Positions 25,237-36,979 of a stretch of DNA of 64,000 nt are shown in pieces. Origin of the DNA: Bugula neritina (Eukaryota > Animalia > Bryozoa). Location: contig OZ037771.1 of assembly GCA_964035545.1 (NCBI GenBank), positions 8,115,408 through 8,179,407 of the forward strand. The letters run 5' to 3'. A model generated the notes under the pieces. The model had not been told where the DNA came from, did not search any database, and saw nothing but the letters and a program-made list of their open reading frames with translations. A program made the translations under genes and the position numbers. The number at the start of each line of letters is the position of its first letter. Within the stretch, counting starts at the first letter, position 1.

Positions 25237-27644
25237 TTAGAGCTCATCGGGAAGTTCTTCAACTTCCTCTCCATCGTCTCAAGTTTTTTCAATAGCATAA
25301 ACTTCCTGAAGTATGTTTTATTGAAAATATTACAGTCTAGATATATATCACATTTGAACACTTGCTATAGCACATGATCTTATATATTACAGCACAGGCA
25401 ATAGCAGAAGTACTATAGCATGCATACATATCATACTACAGTACATGCTGTAGCACATGTACTATAGCATACACACATTTCATATTTTAGCACACTCTAT
25501 AGCGTATGCACTATAGCATGCATACATATGATATGGCATACATATTATAACGCAGACACGACAGGGCACCCACCTTGAAGTTCATGCTAATATTAGTCCA
25601 TCTACTTTCAGGTATAGTCTGAAGGTCCAATGCATCTACTCTACCATCTCCACTCACATCTATCAACTCAAATATCTGAGGAGATACAAGTTAACAGCAG
25701 CTATGTGCGTATTAATAGGCACAATGATATCTGCACTCAGTAGACATGATGTAAAAGTGAAAAGAGCACTAGAGAGCTCATTGGGTGTACCTTTCTCAAT
25801 AGAGCGAGGACTTTATTATACTCCAATGAATCAACAAACTTTGAGTCACTCATCATCTGCAATGTATACATCACACAGTAGAGTGTTTCACAGCATACAC
25901 AGAGAGAATACAACTCCAGATGTGATAAAATAACATACCGGGTATATGAGGCAGATGATGGTGAGATATAGTCTTACTTACAGGTAGGTTTAACTTAGAC
26001 ATGAACTTTTCATCATACAAGAAGTTGTCCCCTATCACTTTCGTCATATAGTGTCTACAAACAGAGGAATTGACAGATCTAGAATTCATAATTAAAGTCA
26101 GAGTTTTAACAGGTCATTTCCACACTACTCAATGAGACCACAATTATATGCTACTCTTTGTTACTCTTGAGAATCAACAGTAATACACTTGAACAGTGAC
26201 ATCACCTCCTGCACCACTTACAGCGTACTCAGAAGGGACAAACATGGACTTCTTGGTACCAGCTAATAGACAGTTCATGTTCATCTTCCGCAATGATCTT
26301 CTCTGCTTGTGGTTTCAGTCTGTTCAGCAGGATCTTCAACATGACTTTACTGGGGTGACTTATTAGGCTAATAGTGCGGTAATTCTGGCACAGCTGTAGG
26401 TTGCCTTTCTTGGGGAGTGTGATCACCAGTGATTGTGTCCATGGTGTTGGCCATTCTCCTGTCTGCTAGATCTTGTTGCAGATGATTGTCAGGGTGTTGA
26501 TCATGACCTCTCCTCCTGCCTGCACTAGTTCTCCTGGTATGTTATCCACTCCTGCTGACTTCTCTTTTTTTAGTGCTTTGATTGCTGCTTCAACTTCTTC
26601 TCGAAGGATGGGATGGTCATCGGTGTTGGTTGCTGGAGGGACGTCTAGTACTTCTGGGTTTCCTGTGGCTTTGGCTTTGTGCAGTTCTGAGCAGTACTCT
26701 GTCCATCATCTTAAAATGTCCTGTTCCTCTGTCAGGCACTGCCCTTCTTTGTCTTGTATGGTGGTGGTGCGTCCCTGTTTTGTACCGGCCAGGTCTTTCA
26801 CTAGTTAGTATGCCTTCTGCTGTTATTTGTCTTCAGGTTTTCTTCTATTTCTTGGCACTTCTCCTCAATCCAATTTTCTCTTGCCCTTTTCATGCCCCTT
26901 TTGATTTTCTGGCTGACTGCCCTAGACTGTTTTGCACCTTCTGGTGCCTTCTTCTTCTTCTTCAGTTCTCTTCGTTTGTCACACAGGTCAAGGATATCAG
27001 CTGTGACCCAGGGCTTTTTGACAGTTCGGTGTTTGCCAAGAATCTCACTGGCTGTTTCGGTCACATCTGTGTTGAAGGTGACTGTCAGCATCAATAACAG
27101 TGCAAGACCCCCTGCAAACTTTTTTCTTATCGTGGCTTGGAAGTCTTCTGCTATCTCGGGGTCCTTCAGTTTCTCGAGGTCAAACTTTATTCTCGTGTAG
27201 CCTTGTTTTTTGACCCTCTTCAGGTGGAAGCGTGAGGTCATCATCACAAGGTCATGGTCGCTTCCTACATTTGCTCCTGACATTGTAGACAGACACAAAT
27301 TCCTTAAATGCAATTTGAGAGCTTGGATTGCTGCGACTTTCCTTTTTCCTGCTTTCCACAAGGACGGTGTGGTTGTTGGGAATCTCCGAGAGTTTCATGA
27401 AATACTCGTCAGTTCAAAGTCTATAGGCAGGAAAATTCAATATGGCCACCTTGAACACCACTGGACTCTGTTCGTAGAGGAATGTAGTGAAAAAGTTCTT
27501 CATAGAAATACTACTTCCTTTCTTCACTATAGTGACGTGAATAGAAGGGGGGTTGGCTTTGCCGAAAACAATCTTAGACTGAGCTACAACAGTGCTTGAG
27601 ATGTTAAGTAGAAGGCCACATACTAAGGCTATGTAGATTGCCAT
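25237..27644 (-). pseudogene. JmjC/cupin oxygenase pseudogene copy 4 (exon 1, RTE patch, part of exon 3, exons 6-9 including EF-hand and PDEL end)
   Basis: Exon 6 26054-25982 (HYMTKVIGDNFLYDEKFMSKLNLP). Exon 7 25856-25791 (MMSDSKFVDSLEYNKVLALLRK). Exon 8 25675-25574 (IFELIDVSGDGRVDALDLQ, EF-hand-like loop). Exon 9 25305-25237 (EVYAIEKT*DDGEEVEELPDEL*). Boundaries are GT-AG with consistent phases. Confidence 0.82.
26283..27279 (-). mobile_element. RTE-clade LINE internal fragment, second copy with the same junctions as 9807-10818
   Basis: Same GANVGSDHDLV...LPKKGNLQLCQNYRTISLISHPSKVMLKILLNRLKPQAEKIIAE segment and the same host breakpoints. Confidence 0.92.
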
Positions 27645-30600
27645 TGCACAGCAGGTCTGCCTCAGATCAAAAAAGAAAATAATACATTATGGAAAGGCAA
27701 CAAACTATATAATAAGATATCTGTGAGCATGTAATATGGTCACATGACTTGCTAGCTGAGAGATCGCCAAATGATTAGCTTTTCGCATCGTGGCTGAACG
27801 TGACTTGTGTAATAAACTTAGCGCCACAGTTTGCTGGCCCAAACTTCTTTACAATGTTGGACAGACTAGACTCTAAAAGCTATACAATTTTATTATAGAA
27901 GATGCTCACCAAAGTGTTTAAAAACGTGTGTACAATGCGAAACATGATAAGTAAATACATACACCTGATAACTTGGCTTATTGTTGAGCAAATCTACACC
28001 AACACCTGGAGAAATCCTTTTAAACCTACAAACACCTAGAGTGTAAAGTCTAGACAGTAAATAACACACTACAGAGCCTGTGCGTTTACACTGTGTCAAT
28101 GAATTCATTGTATACCAAAAGTAGGTCTCACCAGCTACCTTCACATGATTATAGGGGGCAGTGAAAGATGACCAAAAATAGATCTTGTATCAGTTAATAC
28201 CTGAAAGGAAATCCTGCAACAATAAAGTGCATTTAATTGCCATATTGGTAACTAGAATTTGAGGTTGAGAAAAATTTAGTGGACAGTGCTTAAATGGGAT
28301 ATAAACTTTTCATCAAACAAGGAGTTGTCCCCTATCACTCTCATCACATAGTGTCTACAAACAGCAGCATTGACATCTAGAATTCAGAATTAAAGTCAAA
28401 GGGTTATAATCTCACTCAATGAGCTAAATACTACATCATAGATTTGGAGTATGCTATATCATAGACTTGGAGTATGCTACAGAATAGACTGAGAGCATAT
28501 GCTACATCATAGACTGAGAGTACGCTACATCATAGACTGAGAGTATGCTACATCATAGACTGAGAGCATGCTAAAGATTATAGGATGTCCCATCAGATGT
28601 TTACAGCGATGTTTCTATTGCAGAATCTACTCCAGAAACTGATACTTTATAAAGTTAGTAGCCACAATACTCTACACCTGTTATGCAATGCTTAGCTGAA
28701 TAAAAATAATATAGGCTTATTATTATTAAAGTGTTTGTTAAAACTTTATTTGACAAATAAAACAGGAAAAACAGCATAAAGTTAAAATATGAACAACTTA
28801 TTTCCTCTTAGTATATTAGCAGAAGAAACTATGACATACATTAAGTATTCATGAAGAAACAAGATCAAAATCAGAGAATAAATAACACAATAAATATATA
28901 ATATATTGTATAGTGTAGACCCTATTTAGCAGATGTTGTATATATACTATCTCCATGTACAACCTGCTCTGACATGTCATAACAGAGTTTCTACACTGTC
29001 TGTATGATTATTGATTTCTGTGATGTCATTCAACACTTCATATTCTCACTCTACTACATGCTATTGTAAGCAGTACTTTATATTCAACAAGAGAGGACAA
29101 CTCTAATTCAACACTTCAGCTCAGTTGTTCAGCTATGTTCACTTTATAGATTCACAGTTATTTCATCTTCTCATATCTACATATCTTAGCTGTCACATTT
29201 CCTCCAATCAATGAGGGTTTCTAAAACACAATATATACTACTAATAAGTAAATATATAAACACTGCAGTGAGGTATAGAAAGTGGAAATACACCAACTCT
29301 TGCTAATGAAAAAATAGTATAAATTTATTTTCTGCTTCTATTTCAATAACAATCAGTTATGTATCTGTATAACATATAATCATAAGACTATACAGTATAA
29401 TTTTTTTATATAAGGATATAGGAATTACCTTGTTGACTGTGTAGGAGCTGGACATTTTAGTTTCAAGTTTTTGAATATTATCTGATATTGTTGATGGAGC
29501 TTTTGTGTTGATTTGGGGGCAGTTTTTTACTGTCTGAAACAAAAATGTATTTCCTCTTTTTAGAAAATTGAACGCAAACTATATAATACAACTAACAATG
29601 AAACCTATGAATGCACATTGAAGGATATACGTTGTTCACTGATTTTCAAAATTCTTCATCACCTTAGCAATGAATTTTAGTTACCTGAGTTAAAATAACT
29701 GTTTGTAGTTTTCTGAGTTGTAGTTTTGTTATTTGTTTATTACTAAACATTTTGTAGACAGCGTCCAACTCCTGGAGAATTTCCAGCTTTTCCTTCTGCA
29801 AGTGAAATATCACTGATTATTGAATCTATTCTATTTGCACTCAATACATTTCCTGTTTACATAATAGAAATATTCATAAATAAAATATATTCTATTTTTT
29901 CTACATCAATATTGTTTACTAAATTTGAAATCACAAGTCATAGCGTAATGCGTAACATTTTACTCACTGCTGATTTATTATGAATCACTCTCTTTGCCCA
30001 CATGACATCACCTTTACTAAACATGGAGAAATCGCATATACCATACATGACTAGCTTTTCAAGTAGAAATATTGTCTTGAGTAGCAAAATATCACATCCA
30101 ACTTGTTCGTCTGCTGTGAAGTTTGTAACTTTATGTCACGAGGTTATGAAGTCCATTGTTGAGTTTACAGTTTAAACCATTGTTGCATATATTGCCATAT
30201 ATGGACATTTTTAATCATTTAATTTTTATTTCTTAGGTGTTCATGTAAAATATTTGTCAAATATTATTATTGGATTTAAATTTTGGAAAACAGCAAGCAA
30301 TTTTATTTTAATATATGTGTAACATCACAGATTAGTCTGCTATCCTTATTTCTAGTGCCTGTGATTTCAGAACTTCAAGAATTAGTGCAACCATGGAACA
30401 GGGTCTGCTATGAGAAAAATAAAGTAAAACTCTCGTGAGATTTCAATACACACAGTGACATAATCATGGAAGCTATAAGGAGACCTTATTTTATGGTATC
30501 CTGGTTAATTATTTTATGAAAACACTAAACGTATTATACCTATGCTCTTTAAGCAAATTATTATATAAATAATTAGTCTAATGTAAAAAAACATAAATAA

Positions 30601-32003
30601 AGCATTCTCTTTCGGAAGAAGTCCTATTACAGTAAATTGAACTTATATTATATCTTTGCTGTTACTGTGTCACAATATAGTGAGGGTAAACGAAGTGACA
30701 TTCACAGCAGGTATCTACAGGTATAATGTTAGACCGTATAATAATGCTAGCTACTCTAATATACATTCATGCAGATTTCAATGTCTCATTCCATTAAACT
30801 ATTTATGTTTTGTCAAAGATGGGGTTCAGGATTTTGAGGCATCTTGGGTGATCAAAAAGAAGCTGTTTAAATCAGCATTTAACTACACAACTTGTCTAAT
30901 TAATATGAACGAAGTTGATATCAATGACCTTTTATTGGATATATGTATATATGCTCTATATATACCGTATATACACTATAAGTCTGATGAAACATATATA
31001 AGCTGATACTATAAAGATAAAAATAAATTTTCTCAACTTCAGAATTAATTTTGAAAACAGTTGAATCCTTGATCAGAAATGGTTTGCTCTAATATAAAAA
31101 TAAATAGTGGAAAGATAATAGCAAGGCCAAGAAACCTATTTGATGAAACTTCTGCTGTAAAAAAATATAATCAATCAATTACTTCTCATTAGTTTTAGTG
31201 ACTAACAGCAACAACATTAGTAGTATAAACTTTATAATATATGGTCTACATTATACTGTATATGAATGTGAAGCATATCTAAATTAGCCTTGCAGTCATG
31301 CAGTGAAAATCCAATAGAATTCCTAGTTATATATAGAAACTTCCAGGTACAAAGTAGAAATTGGAAGAAAACAAAAGAACTTTTTAGGCAAACTTCTAAA
31401 ACTGATTAACCACATGAGTAATATATTAGAGTCAAAATAGTGAAAATAATTACTGTAGTTTTGAAGCGCTATTTTTAATAAATTAACCATTAATCCTGGC
31501 TAGCAGCATATGTAGAACAATTAGAAACACTCAGCCAATCAACACTCAAATGATATCAAGCAACAACCAATGAAATGGGCTTATCGCTGACTGCAACTTT
31601 TGCTATTAATATAATTAAAAATCAGATAGCCGTGACATAATAGTAATAAATAAATGCATCTCTCAATAGCAGCATCATACGCTTGTACTTTGTTTCTCGG
31701 TGTGAACAGCACATTATAGAATATAGATAGATCATTACTAAGCTATTAATGTACGAACACGGAGCATAATAAGAAATAAATTAGTACTATAGAGCAAAAC
31801 TGAAATTTGCAATTGATCGTTTAGTGAAAACTGATTAGAATGTTCACTACAAAAGAGTTTTTATCATCAGAATGTGTAGCCACTTTCTAAAACTTTGGTA
31901 ACCAACTGCAAAGCTCACACATATCACATAAAACATATTTGTATGGATAATCTAAGACCAAAGTTTGGAGATAAAACTAACAACTGCAACCATGGTGCGT
32001 AAC

Positions 32004-35000
32004 TTATTTGATGCTGTAGAGATACAGTTTCTTGTCACCCCATCCAGGTAAAGCTAACACTTCACTTTTTAAGCTCACCAATCCATAGTTATTAGTTGGT
32101 AGTTTTGCATGACTCATCATTTTCAACAGTAAACCTGCAGAGAAAGAGAGTTGTCTTAAAACGAATCTGTAGTGTACAATATGCTTACATTTCAGGTTAA
32201 AGTACTGCAGTGGCAAAATATAAGTGCATGTTCGTTATAATGAGATAACAGAGATTTTAGTAATTTTTTTAAAGATGATGTACTACCTTTAGGAGAAATG
32301 ATGTAGAACAGTTTTAGATTTCTTGTAGAAACATAGATGAGTCCGTTGGAATCTGTACAGACACTGTATCCATCAGCCACGCCATCACATGTCCAGACTG
32401 TAGTCAGCTTTCCATTCTCTACTTTGTACTTCATCAGCTTATCTCCACCAACTCCTAGCAGATGGCCATCAGGTAGAAACTGCAGTCCAACCAGACACAC
32501 ATTGGGATGAATATTCTTTTTCTGTTTAGTGATGAAGTCATATAGATGATCAACTGTTCAGCATCTGGATGATCCACCACAACATATCTGTCAGAGACTG
32601 CCATTACTGCTGCAACAGTACTTGTTCTTTTAAACTGAAACAGTTGTTGTCTCTTTGTGATGTCACCAGCTAAGCACATGTCTACCTTAGACATGTCACC
32701 TTCTCTGTGTAGAATGAAGACATTCTGTGGAGTCTCAATCGCTCCTGTTACTCTTTTCTCACTTGTAATATATTCACTCGGCTCATTACCATATCTACTC
32801 AGTAACTGTACTCCATTACTAGTACCGATGAGTATGCCACCATCTTCTCTGTGATTGGCTGAATAGCATGCGCCATCTGTCTTGTGTTCAGATATGAATG
32901 TCAGTGAAGAAGGAACTGTTACTAGACTAACATTTAGCAGTCTACTTCTGTCTTGACCTGTAAGTTGTTATGGAGAATTATTCATACTGGGTTTTGAGTT
33001 TTTGCACTTAACGGTAAACCTCTGAAGCCATCTTTTTAGCTGTGTTTTTATAATACTGCAGCAGCTAACTGTCTTATTGCATCTGCTAAATTCACCTTAC
33101 AAGTTAGATATGTATTGAATGTGGGAAAGAAGGTAACATCAGTGCTGGAAAATTATAAACCATCTAAGAATAATGTTCTCCACTTTAGGTATGTGGCTCA
33201 AATAATATAACTTAAATGGTCCTCAAGCAGAGAAAAGACTAGGAGGTTAATCTAGTGTAATATAAGCATTCAGCTTATGGTCTATTAAAAAACAGCAGAA
33301 AAATATTTGTAGCTTTATGCAAAAAGACATCCGAAGTTCTGATTAATTCAAATTTAGTTTTACAGCGCTGTATGAACTTTGACAGCGTAGCATGAGACAA
33401 AAATTATGGCTTTTTCAAAAACTTTTACAGATAGAGGCTACACATAGATAAATAACTGTAGAGTGTAGACCCTTTGTATCAGCTTTTTAACAAAACAAGT
33501 AGGAGTAATTAACTGTTGTACATCAACATGCATAATTATTACAGTGAATACTGACTTGAGATATATAGAGTACATTGTTTTATGTTTTCTCACTAATCTG
33601 CTTTAAGTAAACAATTAGATTGTTGACAGATCATCTGATAATATGATCAATTGCTAGCAGGTGCCATATAAGATGGCTTCTCCACACACCAGCCTACTGA
33701 TAAAAAATGAATGAAATTTCACTGCATGAAGGACCTACCACAAAGAATGTATTGGGGGGAGTAGAAACTTACTTGCAAATGATATTAGCATTAAACTTTA
33801 CTGCTCGCCTACAGATGCTTGTTTCCATAGCTACGTTTTTGCTTTGCAGCAACAATATGACATTAGATATAAACACAGAAGGGGAAAATCAATTGCTAGA
33901 AAGCACATACGTAAACTTGAAACTCGAAAAGTGTGCTCATTAAATGGTAATTAGCCAATGAGATTCGCACCAACTTTCTTTACTGATCCTTTAGCATTTT
34001 GATGGCATGAAATGCACCTGATATTCGCGAACAGCTCATTTTTAGTCCAAGCAGATTTTTCCTAATATTTGTTGTCAAATAAAGACACCACACACCTGAC
34101 TCTATCAAAGCTGGTGAATCAGGGAGTTTAAAATCATCAAGTTCTATTGCTTCATATTTATTCACTTCTCTTGCTATTCGTCTTCTTTCTCTGATCTTTT
34201 CGGTCACATGACCATCTTTTAGCAGACGTGTCTCAGCTTGTATTTTCTCTAGCCCATTTTTCTTCAACATCAGCTTGTTATAGAAATCTTCAACCTGATT
34301 GGTCACTTTTCTTCTATGATTTGTAACTCTCTCTACCAGCTCTTGACTTTCACTGAATATTTTTTGTATCTAGAATCACAGTTTTTGAAGTAAATACATT
34401 GCGAGGAAGCCAATAAGTTTTCATAAAACTTTCAGCATCTGTATTTGCCATTTTGAAAAATCTTTAGGAATATCATCACAATTTTAACTTGTTTTCTAAT
34501 CAACACTTTATTAATAAAAGTTTGAACAGTTTACAGAATAGCGCGGCGGTTTATTTGCAATAATGAACACCTTTTGTGCAGTAAGAATGATCTACTTGAA
34601 TACCTACAAATGACTGTCTGATTTCAAAATATGGCTACCAATAGTACAATAACTGTTATGGTCACCTACCTATTACTTTAGGGCGCTTTCGGATTCCCTA
34701 CTCGTAGGGGTAACTGTAGGCCCTACGCGATGACCATTCGGCAACCATCACGGCGCAATTATTCGAGCAATTACAGTAATTTTACTCTAACATTGCGTCA
34801 TTTTTGTAAACGAGTGTAAGCAATAGAATAGGTAGTTACCCCTACGCGTACCCATCGATCAAAGTATTAGCCTCAGTAACTAATAACACACACTAAGATT
34901 TTAAAGCTACATTAGCGAAACTATTCGCAGAAAGAATGTTTGTTTTGTATAACTACCGCTCAACTGTTGTTTTCTCCAATGTACTTTTCTTTTATTATAC

Positions 35001-36979
35001 TAGCAGCTAATCTTTGGTATATAATCTAGTTCTTAAGCTGAATTATATTAATTACTCATCGATGGGGTACTCGACGGAGAGAAAGTGAGCAAATTCATCG
35101 ATGAGCCCAGTAGGCTACGCGTAGGGAATCCGAAAGCGCCCTTAATAAAATCATCAAAAGTGCTTTAAAGATAAAATTACATAATTATTTTTGTGGAAAC
35201 TTTACTTAGTATAAGAAACATGAATGTAAAGTTTGTTAATGAAATTATTTCTGTCAATTTAAAAAAAATATCGATGATATTAGTAACCTTGAATACCTAG
35301 ACAATTCCATAAATGTTTGGTTGATACACATATACAACAGCAAATTTGATAATTTGATAATTGCCAGTACTCACACTTTATAAAACACTCACAAATACTA
35401 CAATCATGTGTCACATAGAAAGCTCACCGTCTCATCTCTAACTTTCTCTATTCTCTTTATAACATCTGAGCATTTCTCCTCCTGAACATCAAGATCATTC
35501 CAGACTTTCTTGTCTAAAGCACAGATCTTGCTAATTTTTTCCCCGACTACTTTCAGTCCACTGGCCAGGTAACTATTTACTTCCCCTTTCAGCGTTGTGA
35601 GAGATTTAAAATCATGTTTTTCTTGATCTGAAATCACTATTTTAATGTGGAGTTCAGAAATTTTTCAACTAAATGGAAAATGTTGCAGAAAAAGTGTACG
35701 TATAAACCAATGGCATCTTTTTTTATCTTTTAACACCTCAAACCTTGTAAAAGCTACAAATTCTAAATCAATATTACTGTTGTAGGGATTGATGATTCTC
35801 AAACTAATTTAATTATTTCGAACCATTGTGGGTTTCAGATTAGTCATATTTTATTTAGTTCCATCTATGCTGTTAGGTATACATTACAATAATATTATTT
35901 TGCCGTAAAAAGCGTAAATTCTGTTACGTACTTTCGCAGTCATATCCATCAATCTCACACTCAAAGCAGATCAGTTTGTCACATTTCTTGCAAGCTCTCA
36001 CAAGAACCTCTTGATGATGTTCACATGTTGGTTTATGATAGGAAGCAGGTGATCTCTTGTAGACATCGATGTCCACTACCTTGTGAGAGTCACCATGGAG
36101 TGTTTTATGTGCCTATAGTTTAAAAGAATTGGTTTAAACTTTAGAAGTACACATTATGCATTGAGAAGCATTAGTAGACAAATTGAGATAGCCTAAGTTT
36201 TTTAATTTTATTATTAAATTTTGGTTTGAGGCGCGGTTGAAATTCTGGCAAGAACATAACCTTTCTTACTAAAATTATTTCACCTGTTGGTGACAAAAAC
36301 AGAATCTGTCTTTGCAAGTCACACAATAGCACATAGCTATTTGACCTTGACATCCGTGGGCTGTACAGCACAGGGAATCAGAGTCACCAGTCGCTATAGT
36401 AACCTTTGGTAAGACTTCAAACTCTAATGAGTCAAACACTTTCCTAGAAGGAAATAATTGCAGAATGTTCAAGTGTAAAAAGTAAATTGTTTCACTGTCA
36501 GACTCTAGCAAATTATAGAGCAAAAGTAAGTAATATGAACTATAAATTTATATGGTTTAGTATCATCAATATTTATCCAAGAGCAGCTAAAGAGTGGTCA
36601 ATGAAAAATATTAAACATGTTCTATAAGAAAAAAAAACAATATTTTTTATTTTTAATTTTAAAAGCTAGAGAACTTTATTGAATATTAAAGCTTAATATC
36701 ACTAGATGCTACTTTTTATAGGTCACCTGGAGGCCGCCAAAAGGGCAACGAACTACTTTTATGCCATATTAATTAAAATTAGTGCTTTAACAGACACCAT
36801 ATACATCATACTTACCCACAAGTAGGGCAGGTCACAGTTTTATCTTTATTGTAATGTCCTTGAATACAACTCAAACAGAATACATGTTGACAAGGCAGCT
36901 TTCTTGGATCTCTCATGTCATAATTCGTAGAGACACAATAACCACACTCATATCCTTCTGGTAGTTGCTGGGCAGCCAT
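32004..36979 (-). CDS. TRIM E3 ligase-like gene B (paralog of gene A), 7 coding exons, with an apparent 2-bp frameshift in exon 6 (possible pseudogene or truncated allele)
   Basis: Exons ~36979-36816 (MAAQQLPEGYECGYC...LPCQHVFCLSC...CPTC), 36443-36284, 36112-35932 (CEHHQE...CKKCDKLICFEC), 35636-35428, 34369-34096, 32957-32287 and 32134-32004. Intron positions match gene A. There is an extra AT at ~32541-32544 (atc tat ATgac vs tat gac). Confidence 0.88.
34681..35141. mobile_element. PIF/Harbinger (Tourist-like) MITE, 461 bp
   Basis: 27-bp TIRs (gggcgctttcggattccctac[t/g]cgtag, 1 mismatch) are flanked by a 3-bp TTA TSD at 34678-34680 and 35142-35144. It lies in an intron of TRIM B. Confidence 0.9.

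Larger units (their letters stand above)
9066..30250. repeat. Tandem segmental duplication array, four diverged ~5.2-5.8-kb units
   Basis: The same exon-1 ATG context recurs at 11175, 17013, 22167 and 27644. A ~2.6-kb upstream block recurs at ~11180-13855, 17020-19683, 22170-24735 and 27650-30250. The ORF track shows near-identical ORFs (e.g. 13208/19036/24089; 18664/29357). Confidence 0.95.

Noticed and set aside
26801-27361. 186-aa ORF that looks like a host-LINE fusion protein
   Set aside because: The host part is read out of frame relative to JmjC exon 1 and the RTE part is frameshifted. There is no support for a domesticated fusion.
9066-30250. The array as a pure assembly artefact (duplicated haplotigs)
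   Set aside because: Four units with many substitutions, private indels and distinct insertions exceed what two alleles could give. Long-read confirmation is still advisable.
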